The notes beneath the pieces were generated by a model. That model was not told the origin of the DNA. It was given only the letters and a program-made list of their open reading frames with translations, and made no database searches. 64,000 bases of DNA from a candidate division CPR3 bacterium GWF2_35_18 (lineage in GTDB: Bacteria; Patescibacteriota; CPR3; GWF2-35-18): NCBI GenBank assembly GCA_001771135.1, contig MESW01000002.1, forward strand, positions 69,315 through 133,314, read 5' to 3'. A program made the position numbers and the translations under genes. Shown here in pieces: positions 28,945-43,506 of the stretch. Within the stretch, counting starts at the first letter, position 1. Each line of letters starts with the position of its first letter.

Positions 28945-29537
28945 AGCAAAAAAAGAACAAACTATTAATTTTGATAGCAAAAAGTGTATCAAGAATCTTT
29001 GGTTTCGGAACCTTTATCCTTTTAGCTCTAGTAGCAGTTTTTTCAGGTCAGTTTAACGCTACCGATTATGGTTGGATATTCTTGAGCGCCATGATGTTTA
29101 TATTATCCGGAGGAGTGTTGTTTCTTTTCACTAAACTACGTATTTTTTCTGATTTTGATCTTAGTGATAGAAGTGAAAGACCCTTATTTTTCTTTATTCT
29201 TATTATTTTGGGAATAGTATTATTTTTTCTCTATGTTATTTTTGACGTGAGTATGATATTACGGTATTTCATCCTTATTTATTTAGTAGAGATTATTCTC
29301 GACTTTATGATTACACTTTTTTGGAAGATTTCGAATCACACTCTTGCGGTTACGAGTTTTATATCATTTTCAATAATTCTTTTAGGATTTGGTTACTTAT
29401 ATTTACTATTGCTTCTACCTTTGGTGATGTGGGCTCGATTTTTTTTACAAAAACATACTGTAGGGCAATTGTTGGGTGGAGCAATTTTGGCCGTAATTGT
29501 GATCTTTCCCTTGTCTCGTATTTTTGGCTTTATATAA
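28941..29537 (+). CDS. PAP2-like membrane protein (hypothetical)
   Basis: Polytopic. ISNHT and ARFFLQKHTVGQ resemble PAP2 motifs 2 and 3. Confidence 0.4.
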   Translation: MKQKKNKLLILIAKSVSRIFGFGTFILLALVAVFSGQFNATDYGWIFLSAMMFILSGGVLFLFTKLRIFSDFDLSDRSERPLFFFILIILGIVLFFLYVIFDVSMILRYFILIYLVEIILDFMITLFWKISNHTLAVTSFISFSIILLGFGYLYLLLLLPLVMWARFFLQKHTVGQLLGGAILAVIVIFPLSRIFGFI

Positions 29538-29556
29538 TTTCGTAAGGAGCAACTAA

Positions 29557-30762
29557 GTGACAATTAAAATCGTAAAAAAACTATTAATTATTGTTATCAC
29601 AATATCTTTGTTCTCAGTTTTGATAAACACAAAGGTGCAAAGTGCTGATGATTCTTGTAGCAATCCTACCGTTTGTACAATTGAAGATGATCAGAATAAT
29701 AATCAAGATGGAAATTTTGATCAATATCGTCCGCAAGATGAATCAGGAAAGGTATGTGTCTACTATTTTTGGGGAGCAGGATGTAAGGCTTGTGCTTCTG
29801 TAAGTCCATTTGTTGAAGAATTGACCTCTCAAAAGAAAGATAAAGTAGAATTAAAATCACTGGAAGTTTATTATAATGAAGAAAATAGGAAGCTACTTTC
29901 TGATTTTAATAAACGATATCAGGTTGAAGATTCTGGTGTCCCAGCAGTTTTTGTTGGTGATACTTATTTGGGCGGAGCAGATGCCATCAAAAATAATTTA
30001 AGCGAAAAAATAGACTATTTTTATGAAAACAAAACCGCTTGTCCTCTAGATTACAATCGGATTCAAGGCAGTACGGAAGAAACAAAAAAGTTGGAATTAA
30101 CTCTACCAGCTATTCTTCTTGGAGCCGCAGCAGATAGTGTTAACCCTTGTGCTTTTGCCGTTCTTATATTTTTACTGGTTTATCTCATGGCGGTTAAAGA
30201 TAAGAAGGCAATGTTTAAAGTGGGATTGACTTATATTATTGTCGTTTTTGTCGTTTATTTTGTTTCCGGTTTGGGAATTTTACAGCTGGCCAAATATTTA
30301 ACAGCGACATCTGTGGTAATGAAAATTGTAGCCTCTATTTCAATTGTGGCAGGACTAATAAATATTAAAGATTTCTTCTGGTATGGTAAGGGGATTAGTC
30401 TACATATTCCCGAAAGTAAAAAACCGCTAATCGAAAGATATGTCAAAAAGGCTACTTTTCCAGCAACAATCGTTTTAGGATTTTTAGTTTCTGCATTTGA
30501 ATTACCCTGCACGGGAGGTGTTTATTTAGCGATTCTAGGAATCCTAGCTCAAAGTAGCGATAAATTGTTATCAATTTTTTATCTTTTAATTTATAATGTA
30601 ATATTCGTTTCGCCTTTACTTATTATTTTGCTTGTAGTTTATAAAGGGTTAGATCCGGATAAGGTTAATTCCTGGCGTCTTGATAAAAGAAAATGGTTGC
30701 GATTATTTATGGGACTTATAATGTTAATTTTAGGTTTCGGTTTATTTTTTGGCCTTTTTTAA
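29557..30762 (+). CDS. Thiol:disulfide oxidoreductase fusion: exported thioredoxin-like domain (CKAC) + CcdA/DsbD-type transmembrane electron-transfer domain
   Basis: Signal peptide. YFWGAGCKAC CxxC motif. The TM domain has the paired VNPCAF and ELPCTGG motifs characteristic of CcdA/DsbD-beta. Confidence 0.7.
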   Translation: MTIKIVKKLLIIVITISLFSVLINTKVQSADDSCSNPTVCTIEDDQNNNQDGNFDQYRPQDESGKVCVYYFWGAGCKACASVSPFVEELTSQKKDKVELKSLEVYYNEENRKLLSDFNKRYQVEDSGVPAVFVGDTYLGGADAIKNNLSEKIDYFYENKTACPLDYNRIQGSTEETKKLELTLPAILLGAAADSVNPCAFAVLIFLLVYLMAVKDKKAMFKVGLTYIIVVFVVYFVSGLGILQLAKYLTATSVVMKIVASISIVAGLINIKDFFWYGKGISLHIPESKKPLIERYVKKATFPATIVLGFLVSAFELPCTGGVYLAILGILAQSSDKLLSIFYLLIYNVIFVSPLLIILLVVYKGLDPDKVNSWRLDKRKWLRLFMGLIMLILGFGLFFGLF

Positions 30763-30778
30763 TAGCTATATTTAATAG

Positions 30779-30997
<219 letters not shown>

Positions 30998-30999
30998 AA

Positions 31000-31479
31000 A
31001 TGGTTGATGAACAAAATAATAATAAAATCGTAATTTCAGTTTTAGGAGTTATCTTCGATACTTCAGGAAAAGTATTGCTTTCTTTACGAAGCGATAAGGA
31101 GATTCCTCTGGCTGATTTTAAATGGGAAATTCCCGGAGGGAAAATTGACTTTGGAGAAACAGCGACTGAATGTATTGTCCGTGAAATTCGCGAAGAGACT
31201 GGACTCATTGTAAATCCAGTTAGATTGGTCGATTGTATTTGGAGTAATATTTGGGATACAAATGCCGGTCATAAAATTCAAGCAATTTTAATTCCCTTCC
31301 TTTGCGAAGTAGACAGCGGAGTTACTAAGCCGGGAAACCATGAAGTTCTTGAATTAAAATGGTTCTCGATGAAGGAGATTGATAGTTTGAATACATTACC
31401 AGGGGTTAAGGAAATAGTAAGAACGGCCTATTTTACTAAAAAAGGAGTTACATATGGAAAATCAAAAGATGGTTTATGA
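31000..31479 (+). CDS. NUDIX hydrolase
   Basis: Nudix box GGKIDFGETATECIVREIREETGL. Confidence 0.85.
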   Translation: MVDEQNNNKIVISVLGVIFDTSGKVLLSLRSDKEIPLADFKWEIPGGKIDFGETATECIVREIREETGLIVNPVRLVDCIWSNIWDTNAGHKIQAILIPFLCEVDSGVTKPGNHEVLELKWFSMKEIDSLNTLPGVKEIVRTAYFTKKGVTYGKSKDGL

Positions 31480-32413
31480 TTTATTGATAATTGGGGCTGG
31501 TCCAGCTGGATTTACAGCTTCAATTTACGCTTCAAGGTATAAGGTAAGTAACCTCGTCATTGGTCCTGAATTGGGAGGGACAATAGCGAAAGCGCATAAG
31601 GTTGAAAACTATCCCGGATTTTTATCAATTCCCGGTTTTGAATTGGGTCAAAAAATGAGTGAGCAGGTAAAAAATTTGGGATCAGAAATCAAACTAGAAA
31701 CAGTGGCGCATATTAATAAAAATGATCTTTTTGAATTAACTACAAATAATGGAAACAAATATTACTCAAAAATGATAATTATAGCTTCCGGTACAGAAAG
31801 AAGGAAACTGAACATTTTGGGTGAAGATAAGTATTTAGGACGCGGAATCTCGTATTGTACAAATTGTGATGCTCCATTTTTCCGTAATAAAAAAGTAGCT
31901 GTAGTTGGAGGGGGTGATGCCGCAATTACAGGAGCGCTACATCTTAACGAAATTGCAAGTGAGATTTATCTGATTTATCGACGGAAAAAAGAAGATTTAA
32001 GGGCTGAACCAGCTTGGTTAGAGAGTCTTGCACAATCAAAGGTTATTGGTATTTATGAAACTAATCCGATCGAGGTTTTAGGAGATGAAACTAAAGTCAC
32101 CGGTTTGAAGTTGGATAAGCCTTTTAAGGGTCAAGAAGTTCTTGGTTTAGACGGGGTTTTTGTCGAGATCGGTGCGGTTCCTGTTTCTAAGATTATTTCT
32201 CCACTAGGAGTTGTGGTGGATGAGTCTGGTTTCATTAAAGTAGATGCTTCTATGCAGACTAATATTGAGGGGATTTATGCAGCAGGAGATATTACAGAAC
32301 AATCAAAAGTGTTGCAACAGGTGATAACCGCTGAAGCTCAAGGGGCAATTGCGGCAGCCTCCGTCTTTAGAAAAATTAAAGGAAAAGTTGATGCTCCCAA
32401 ACAATGGGGGTAA
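31454..32413 (+). CDS. trxB: Thioredoxin-disulfide reductase
   Basis: FAD motif LIIGAGPAGFTA, redox-active CTNCDAPFF, NAD(P) motif VVGGGDAA. Confidence 0.85.
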   Translation: MENQKMVYDLLIIGAGPAGFTASIYASRYKVSNLVIGPELGGTIAKAHKVENYPGFLSIPGFELGQKMSEQVKNLGSEIKLETVAHINKNDLFELTTNNGNKYYSKMIIIASGTERRKLNILGEDKYLGRGISYCTNCDAPFFRNKKVAVVGGGDAAITGALHLNEIASEIYLIYRRKKEDLRAEPAWLESLAQSKVIGIYETNPIEVLGDETKVTGLKLDKPFKGQEVLGLDGVFVEIGAVPVSKIISPLGVVVDESGFIKVDASMQTNIEGIYAAGDITEQSKVLQQVITAEAQGAIAAASVFRKIKGKVDAPKQWG

Positions 32414-32431
32414 AAATTTTAGGAGATCAAA

Positions 32432-32965
32432 ATGCCAAATGCTACCGTTAAAGGAATATTTTTAAAGGGACTTGTGGAGGTAGTTAGAAAACTAAAAGGA
32501 CCGGATGGCGTTAATAAGCTCAAAGAGGAGTTTGGTGATCTTGGTTTTGCCGGATTTAAAGACTATCCGATGCAGGTGCAGGCCGATCTCAACAAAATTT
32601 CGAGTAAAATTATTTATGGTTCTTATTGTCCGGAGGCGGAGTATGAATTTGGACGGCTGTCTTTCAAAACATATACCGATAGTTTGATTGGAAGAACAAT
32701 GTTTTCTTTAATAGGAAGTAGCCCAATCAAAGTCGCAAAAGCTCTTCCAAAGATATTGGGAACAGTTACTTCGGGTTTAAAAATTACCGTAGAAGAAATA
32801 AACAGTTTAAAGGCAAAAATTCGCATGCAGAATATTCCTTTTCATATTAAGCATTATGAAGGAGCATGTGTGGCGGCCGCAGAGCATTTTGGCTATAAAG
32901 CAAAAGTTACTTCAAAGTTGATTGGAAAAGATGATTTTGAATATACTGTAGAATGGTATAAATAA
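32432..32965 (+). CDS. Hypothetical protein
   Basis: 177-aa ORF in an operon-like context. No confident family assignment. Confidence 0.4.
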   Translation: MPNATVKGIFLKGLVEVVRKLKGPDGVNKLKEEFGDLGFAGFKDYPMQVQADLNKISSKIIYGSYCPEAEYEFGRLSFKTYTDSLIGRTMFSLIGSSPIKVAKALPKILGTVTSGLKITVEEINSLKAKIRMQNIPFHIKHYEGACVAAAEHFGYKAKVTSKLIGKDDFEYTVEWYK

Positions 32966-32973
32966 ATAATTCT

Positions 32974-33708
32974 GTGAAAAAAACTATCAAATTAATTAGT
33001 CTAAACATTGAAGGAGATAATCACCTAGATAAAGTGATTCCTTTTTTAGTTTCCGAGAATCCTGATATTATCTGTTTACAAGAGGTTTTTAAACATAATT
33101 CCGAGACTATTGCAAATAAAATTAAGAGAAAAGATTATTTTTTCCCCATGGCAAAAATGTTTGAAAAACGATATACCAAAAAATCATTGGGTATGTTGTG
33201 GGGGATTTCTTTTTTAACCAATTTGGAATTCAAAAATATCCAGTGTGAGCAATATTTTGGTAACGAAAAAGTTGTTCCTTCATATTTGGGTGGAGGAGGA
33301 CTCTGTAATCGAATTTTAGCTTGGGGAAATGTCAAGAAAGAGGGTAAGGAACAAACGATTGCAACGACTCATTTTACGTGGAGTTCAAAGGGAAATACGA
33401 CAGTGATCCAAAGAAGATCATTCAATAAATTAAATAAGATCCTGGATAAAGTAGGAGATTGCGTTTTATGCGGCGATTTTAATGCTCCTCGAGGCGGAGA
33501 GATTTTTACGGCATTGTCAAAAAGGTTCACAGATAATATTCCGGTTCAGGTGAAGACGACCGTGGATGAAAATTTGCATCGAAAAAAGGGATTGCAAGTT
33601 GTTGTGGATGGACTGTTTACTTCTTCTAACTACAAAGCCGAAAATGTGAAGATTATTGGTGGAGTTAGTGATCACAAAGCGATTGTGGCAACGATATTTA
33701 AGATATAA
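32974..33708 (+). CDS. Endonuclease/exonuclease/phosphatase (EEP) family protein
   Basis: ISLNIEGDNH...ICLQEV, GDFNAP, SDHKAI motifs. Confidence 0.75.
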   Translation: MKKTIKLISLNIEGDNHLDKVIPFLVSENPDIICLQEVFKHNSETIANKIKRKDYFFPMAKMFEKRYTKKSLGMLWGISFLTNLEFKNIQCEQYFGNEKVVPSYLGGGGLCNRILAWGNVKKEGKEQTIATTHFTWSSKGNTTVIQRRSFNKLNKILDKVGDCVLCGDFNAPRGGEIFTALSKRFTDNIPVQVKTTVDENLHRKKGLQVVVDGLFTSSNYKAENVKIIGGVSDHKAIVATIFKI

Positions 33709-33720
33709 AGGATTAATATT

Positions 33721-34521
33721 ATGTCTAAAGATTTTTCATATCACATAAAAACAATATTAGAACTGGCAAAGGAAACATTCCAAGAGAACCAATCTTTGAA
33801 TAAAGAGATTGGGATTATTAATGTGAAGGGTGATGAGGTTTTAGCTATGGATAAGAAGATGGAATCGGTGATTATTGACTATTTACGTAAAGAAAAACTT
33901 CCGGTAAGTATTTTTTCCGAAGAGATTGGTTTTCTGGAACTGCATAATAATCCAACCCATCTTGTTGTTTTTGATCCTCTAGACGGAAGTACAAACTATC
34001 AAATCGGCCAAAACTTAATGCCTTATGGTTTAATGATTGCTGTCTATGAAGGTTCAACCCCAAAATTGTCTGATATAAAAGCATCAGGAATGTATGAAGT
34101 AACTTCAAAACGAGGATTTATTTTTGATGGATCTACTACTAGGAATCTAGAAGGCGTTCAAATCTCTGTAAATAGACAATGGGGGATTAGTGCAAAGACA
34201 CCTGTTCACTTTGATCTTTATTATAAAGAAGCGGTTCAGAAATTTGGATCACTGGCGCAGAATGTACATCTGAAATGGGGTGGTTCCAATATCTCGAGTT
34301 TACTTTATGTTTTATCTGAAATAGGAGCGGTAATGGGTTCAGTAAAGATGAGACCGGAAGAAATTGGAGCTGTTGCATCTCTTATTAATGGAGCTAATGG
34401 AATAGTTGTGGATTTAAAAGGTAATAACCTCATGAATTATTCTTTTGGAGTAGATAGTATTTATCCCTTCATAGCTGGAAATAAAGAAATTGTTAGATAT
34501 TTAATCAAAGAAATAAATTAA
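33721..34521 (+). CDS. Inositol monophosphatase / FBPase family protein
   Basis: VVFDPLDGSTNY metal-binding motif and EE.G.LE upstream. Confidence 0.75.
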   Translation: MSKDFSYHIKTILELAKETFQENQSLNKEIGIINVKGDEVLAMDKKMESVIIDYLRKEKLPVSIFSEEIGFLELHNNPTHLVVFDPLDGSTNYQIGQNLMPYGLMIAVYEGSTPKLSDIKASGMYEVTSKRGFIFDGSTTRNLEGVQISVNRQWGISAKTPVHFDLYYKEAVQKFGSLAQNVHLKWGGSNISSLLYVLSEIGAVMGSVKMRPEEIGAVASLINGANGIVVDLKGNNLMNYSFGVDSIYPFIAGNKEIVRYLIKEIN

Positions 34522-34544
34522 CTTCGAAAATATCAACTTTCCTC

Positions 34545-34573
34545 TTGCCTTTTTAATTTTCCTATGGTATAAA
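34545..34573 (+). promoter_or_regulatory. 16S rRNA promoter (TTGCCT-17-TGgTATAAA, extended -10)
   Basis: -35 at 34545-34550 and -10 at 34568-34573. The same TGGTATAAA -10 recurs at the 23S promoter and at 58907. Confidence 0.45.
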
Positions 34574-34774
34574 TACCCATGCTTCTCGTATGAGAAGTTT
34601 CTTTTTTCGTTCTTTAACATTCAAGAAGTGGTAGGAATTTAGGCGAAGTGTTGTCTAAATTCTTAGTACAAGACTTCGTCAATTTTTTTTGTAATCATTG
34701 TTAAACCAAGTAATTGGTTTAACTCGTTTACTCTTTATGATATTTCCTAAATTTATTTAGGATTTGTCATATTT

Positions 34775-36276
<1,502 letters not shown>

Positions 36277-36375
36277 TAAGGAGTATCACTCCAACTTCAC
36301 GACTGGAGTCTTTATAGGTGTATGCTACAACCATAAAGGTAGCAGTTCCTACCACTTTTTGAAAGTTAAAGATAC

Positions 36376-36406
36376 AAAAAACGGAGCTTGTTGCTCCGTT
36401 TTTTTG
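36376..36406 (+). terminator. Rho-independent terminator-like hairpin downstream of 16S
   Basis: ACGGAGC-ttgtt-GCTCCGT followed by T7. Confidence 0.6.
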
Positions 36407-36459
36407 TTTATGATATATTCAATTCGTTTAAAAATTGGAGTTTCGCAGCTTGTTAATTT

Positions 36460-36534
36460 GGCGCGGTAGCCAAGTGGAAAGGCAGGAGTCTGCAAAACTC
36501 CTACGCGTCGGTTCGATTCCGACCCGCGCCTCCA
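36460..36534 (+). tRNA. tRNA-Cys (GCA)
   Basis: Acceptor GGCGCGG/CCGCGCC, anticodon loop CTGCAAA, T-loop TTCGATT, CCA encoded. Confidence 0.85.
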
Positions 36535-36545
36535 AAGATAAATAG

Positions 36546-36622
36546 GGGCGATTAGCTCAGGTGGTTAGAGCGCCAAACTGATAATTTGGAGGTCCATGGT
36601 TCGAGTCCATGATCGCCCACCA
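36546..36622 (+). tRNA. tRNA-Ile (GAU)
   Basis: GGGCGAT...anticodon loop CTGATAA...TTCGAGT...ATCGCCC-A-CCA. Confidence 0.85.
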
Positions 36623-36627
36623 TAGAA

Positions 36628-36657
36628 TAAAAACTACGTTATTAACGTAGTTTTTTT
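36628..36657 (+). terminator. Rho-independent terminator after tRNA-Ile
   Basis: ACTACGTT-att-AACGTAGT followed by T7. Confidence 0.65.
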
Positions 36658-36678
36658 CGTTTGTGTTATACTTTTTTT

Positions 36679-37140
36679 ATGAATAAAAAGATTCAAATTC
36701 CAGGAATTGATTATATCGGTATAACGACTCCTTTCTACTGTAATGATGGTAAGGGTAATTTTCTTTTACATCGCAGAAGTAAAAATTGCCGTGATGAACA
36801 GAGAAGATGGGATTTGGGTTCGGGTCAATTAGAGTTTGGGTTAACTCCAGAGCAAAACGTTCTTAAAGAGGTTTTTGAAGAATATGGTTGTAGTGGAACT
36901 ATTCAAAGTCAACTTCCGCCACACTCTATTTTTCGAAAGCATCAAGGGGTAGATACTCACTGGTTGGCAATTCCTTTTTTTGTACAAGTTGATCCACAAA
37001 AAGTAAAGATTAGTGAACCCACTAAAATTGATGAGATTGCCTGGTTTACTTTAGATAATTTACCAACTCCTTTACATTCTGGTTTTTCCTATACTCTAAA
37101 GACTTACAAACAGTATTTTGAAAAGTATAAAAAGCGATAA
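36679..37140 (+). CDS. NUDIX-like hydrolase (hypothetical), located between 16S and 23S
   Basis: Nudix-like GSGQLEFGLTPEQNVLKEVFEEYGC. ATG at 36679, whereas the track start 36661 is TTG. Confidence 0.6.
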   Translation: MNKKIQIPGIDYIGITTPFYCNDGKGNFLLHRRSKNCRDEQRRWDLGSGQLEFGLTPEQNVLKEVFEEYGCSGTIQSQLPPHSIFRKHQGVDTHWLAIPFFVQVDPQKVKISEPTKIDEIAWFTLDNLPTPLHSGFSYTLKTYKQYFEKYKKR

Positions 37141-37707
37141 TTATACTAATGTAGCAGTCTCTATTATCTGGTTGCCAAAACGCCAAAAATGGGCATTCGT
37201 TTTTCCTTTTTTTATTTTGATTTTCCGACTCTTTTTCTCTATAGTTAAATATTGGAGATTAACGACATTTAATGTCTTATTATTACTATAATTTCAGTTC
37301 TAAAAAACTCCGCTCAAAAAGGAGAAAAAGATACTTTATTTCGGCTCTTTACTCATTTTTTACAATTTTCTTTTTATTTTCAATATTTTTACCCTATTTT
37401 AAATACAATAACGTAGCTACATATGTAAGTGGAACAACTTCTACAAATACGACCTAGGACTTGTGAAATTAGTCGACGTTAAACCTCTTTAGCTTAGTAA
37501 TCCGACGATAATTACCAATAAATACGGATACTATAGTTTCTAGTGAAAAAGGGGAAGAATCAGATTGTGATTGAGTCAAAAAAGATGAAAAGACTAAAGC
37601 AGTCTATCGATCTGAAGTGATTACAGTATAGACTAACAATGGACATCTTGGAAAAAATATCAAAATCTAGTATTATTATAGTAATAATCAAAGGAGGTGA
37701 TAAATAA

Positions 37708-38217
37708 ATGGAAGAAGTAAAAACAGAAACTCCCGTAACCACAACAGCTTATGAACATGCTGGTTTTGGTGTTAGATTGGTTGCGGCGATTATAGACGGA
37801 ATTTTAATCAGCGTTGTTACTGGAATTATAAACGGAATTTTTGGAACTGCTTTAGGTGCAGGAACTTCATTAATGAGTACCGATGTGATGACAGATGAAG
37901 CTGCTGCTGGTCTTATCGCCACGGCAATTGGAGGATCATTTATTCTCATGTTTGTAAATATGGCGATCTCCTGGGGTTATTATATTGTTATGACCGGAGC
38001 AAAAGGAGCGACAATTGGAAAAATGATTATGAAGCTTGAAGTCGTCGATGAAAATTATCAAAAAATTTCTTATGGTAAAGCGGCTTTGCGCGAAATTGTC
38101 GGGAAATTTATTTCCAGTCTAGTATTTTGTTTAGGATATATATGGGTTTTATTTGATGATAAAAAACAAGGTTGGCACGATAAAATTGCCAAAACTTACG
38201 TCATCAAAAAAAGTTAA
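37708..38217 (+). CDS. RDD-family membrane protein
   Basis: RDD motif: R..A.IID.. (GVRLVAAIIDGIL), later D and D (WHDKIA). RBS AAAGGAGGTGA. Confidence 0.8.
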   Translation: MEEVKTETPVTTTAYEHAGFGVRLVAAIIDGILISVVTGIINGIFGTALGAGTSLMSTDVMTDEAAAGLIATAIGGSFILMFVNMAISWGYYIVMTGAKGATIGKMIMKLEVVDENYQKISYGKAALREIVGKFISSLVFCLGYIWVLFDDKKQGWHDKIAKTYVIKKS

Positions 38218-38280
38218 GGTTTAAAGAGAGTGGGTAAGTAGATTCATCTACTTACCCCTCCTTTAATAAAAAGAGGAAAA

Positions 38281-39255
38281 ATGAACATCGATTTTCGCAA
38301 AATAATTAAACGATCTTGGGAAATTATTAAAAAGAATAAAATACTCTGGATTTTAGGAATGCTTCTTGGTGGAGCTAGTGTGGGAAGTGGCGGAGGGGGG
38401 AGTGGATATGACTTTGACAGTTCTGATGTCGATAAAATCAAAAACTCCGATTTTGTAGATGGGGATCAACTAACTTCAGCGATAGATTCTTTTTTAACTT
38501 CTCTTTCTGAAGTTATTGCCAAAATTCCACCATATATTTGGATACTTATCATAGTGACTTTAATTAGCGTTATCATCCTCGGAATTATTGTAAAAATCTA
38601 TTTGAATAACTGGGCAGAGGGAGCTGTTATTGGTCTTGTGAATGGAGCAGAAAAAGGAGAGGAAATTAGTTTTCGTAAAGGCGCAATTTATGGAATTCGT
38701 TTTGCTAAGAGGTTAGTTTTAATTTCAATAGTTCCCGGTTTAATCTATTTTTTAATTTTAATCGCTTTTGGTTTGCTTATTGTTTTCAGCCTGCTTTTCC
38801 CCGTACCGGTACTGAATATTATCTTAGCAATTATTTTTGGCTTCATTCTAATATTTTTTATGCTTATAGGATCTTTATTTTTATCTCTGCTAAAGATAAT
38901 TTCTATCCGAATCGTGGTTGTCGAAGATAAAGATTATCTAGAAGCATATAAGGAAGCTTTTACTTTTGTGAAAAAAGCCTTCCTTGAAATTATCATTCAA
39001 GGAGTTATCAATTATAGTTTTGGTTGTGGTTTTGGTTGTCTCTATTTGATTTTTTTAATCGTAATTATTGGAATTATTATTTTAGGATTTTTTATTCACG
39101 TTGGGTTAGGTTTACCACTTGCTCTTTTAGGTTTACTTATTTTAATTGTTAGTGGAGTATTCGTAGGAGCTTTTAATTCCTTTAAATCTGCAAACTGGAC
39201 GCTACTGTACAAACAGGTTAGAGAAAAACAGAAGGAGGGGAACAATGCAAAGTAG
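38281..39255 (+). CDS. Polytopic membrane protein with N-terminal Gly-rich/acidic segment (hypothetical)
   Basis: 324 aa. GGASVGSGGGGSGYDFDSSD, then about 6 TM helices. Confidence 0.5.
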   Translation: MNIDFRKIIKRSWEIIKKNKILWILGMLLGGASVGSGGGGSGYDFDSSDVDKIKNSDFVDGDQLTSAIDSFLTSLSEVIAKIPPYIWILIIVTLISVIILGIIVKIYLNNWAEGAVIGLVNGAEKGEEISFRKGAIYGIRFAKRLVLISIVPGLIYFLILIAFGLLIVFSLLFPVPVLNIILAIIFGFILIFFMLIGSLFLSLLKIISIRIVVVEDKDYLEAYKEAFTFVKKAFLEIIIQGVINYSFGCGFGCLYLIFLIVIIGIIILGFFIHVGLGLPLALLGLLILIVSGVFVGAFNSFKSANWTLLYKQVREKQKEGNNAK

Positions 39256-39796
39256 TATTAAGCAATCTCAATATCAAAACGCAGGGTTTATTGTTCGGTT
39301 TTTGGCTTTTCTCGTAGACCATTTGATTCTTTGGCTCCCTTTTTTATTAATTAGTCTTTTTATCACTTTAGGTAGTAGTTCTACATCAGATCTTTTAGTG
39401 AAATTAGGAATATTAACCCTTTATTATCTTATTATTCAGGAAATTTTATGGCTTTTCTATCAAACACTAACGACTTCCTATTGGGGCGGGTCTCTGGGAA
39501 AAGAGGCTTTTAACCTCACGATTCTGAACGAAAAAGGAGAAAAACTAAGTTTGAGGGATTCACTTTTTCGTTACGTAATTGGTTATACGGTTTCAGGACT
39601 AGTTTTTGGCTTAGGGTTTTTATGGATTATCAAAGATGATCAAATGAGAGCTTGGCATGATCTGCTTATTGGTTCAAAAGTTGTTGTTAAGGAAAAAGAC
39701 TACATTTTGGGAGTTTTATCTCTTTTGGGATTAGTGCTTGTTTCTAGTATTTTTATCTTTATTTTGGTATTTAAAATCGTCTCTTTCATGAACTAG
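39245..39796 (+). CDS. RDD-family membrane protein (second copy)
   Basis: GFIVRFLAFLVDHLILW...AWHDLLIG. Overlaps the previous gene by 11 nt. Confidence 0.75.
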   Translation: MQSSIKQSQYQNAGFIVRFLAFLVDHLILWLPFLLISLFITLGSSSTSDLLVKLGILTLYYLIIQEILWLFYQTLTTSYWGGSLGKEAFNLTILNEKGEKLSLRDSLFRYVIGYTVSGLVFGLGFLWIIKDDQMRAWHDLLIGSKVVVKEKDYILGVLSLLGLVLVSSIFIFILVFKIVSFMN

Positions 39797-39805
39797 TTTT
39801 AGTAT

Positions 39806-39835
39806 TTGACTTTCAGTTTCCGTTTGTGGTATAAA
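39806..39835 (+). promoter_or_regulatory. Promoter for tRNA-Ala/23S/5S unit (TTGACT-18-TGgTATAAA)
   Basis: -35 at 39806-39811 and -10 at 39830-39835, with the same extended -10 as the 16S promoter. Confidence 0.45.
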
Positions 39836-40010
39836 TTAAGTCGCGAAATGATGTACTTTTTCAACCAAAACAACGGATCGATGGGAAGCCTTAGAAGCAA
39901 TCGAGAAAAATCATATATTTTCCAAGATTCTCGAGCCACTTAGACTTTTTCCATCAAAACAATTGAACATATTTTTTAGGACCCTTGAGGGGGATTTTTT
40001 AATTTTTTCC

Positions 40011-40086
40011 GGGCCTGTGGCGTAGTTGGTAGCGCGTCTCGTTTGCAACGAGAAGGTCAGGAGTTCGAATCTCCTCAGGTCCACCA
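40011..40086 (+). tRNA. tRNA-Ala (UGC) with G3:U70
   Basis: GGGCCTG...anticodon loop TTTGCAA...TTCGAAT...CAGGTCC-A-CCA. The G3:U70 identity pair is present. Confidence 0.9.
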
Positions 40087-40223
40087 AAATTCAATTGCGT
40101 AAAAAATTATAAACTTTAAGTACTAAATACTAAATGTTTAGGATTTAGAAATTATAATTTTTAAAACCTTTGTTCTTTAAAAACTGGATAGAATTTCAAC
40201 ATCTTCGTATTTTAGAATTTTAA

Positions 40224-43188
<2,965 letters not shown>

Positions 43189-43323
43189 AAAATGAAGAAG
43201 GCTGATTTTCTATCCAGTACTTTAGAGAACAAATCTCTAAGCACATAAATAATAATTTTATATTACCTGTCGGATTTAACTGCTAGTAAGTATATTTTTA
43301 GTCTACGAAAATACTAAAAAACT

Positions 43324-43445
43324 GCTTCCTGGTAGTTAGAGCAAGGGGGTTCTACCTCTTTCCATTCCGAACAGAGTCGTAAAAACCTTTAGCAGGAAAG
43401 ATACTTGGTTCACAAGGACCTGGGAAAATACCTCGCTGCCAGGAC
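43324..43445 (+). rRNA. rrf: 5S ribosomal RNA
   Basis: CCATTCCGAACAGAGTCGTAAAAACCTTTAGC corresponds to conserved CCATGCCGAAC...GTGAAAC...TAGC. Terminal helix CCTGGTAG/CTGCCAGG. Confidence 0.8.
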
Positions 43446-43448
43446 AAA

Positions 43449-43478
43449 GAAATCTCCAATAATATGGAGATTTTTTTG
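43449..43478 (+). terminator. Rho-independent terminator after 5S
   Basis: ATCTCCA-ataata-TGGAGAT followed by T7. Confidence 0.65.
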
Positions 43479-43506
43479 TAGGTGAATTTGTTCTATACTT
43501 ATATTC

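Noticed and set aside
37272-37457. 61-aa ORF (MSYYYYNFSSKKLRSKRRKRY...) in the 570-bp gap between the NUDIX-like and RDD genes
   Set aside because: It has no RBS. Its low-complexity poly-Tyr and basic composition is typical of AT-rich non-coding DNA. A small membrane peptide cannot be excluded, but support is too weak to call.
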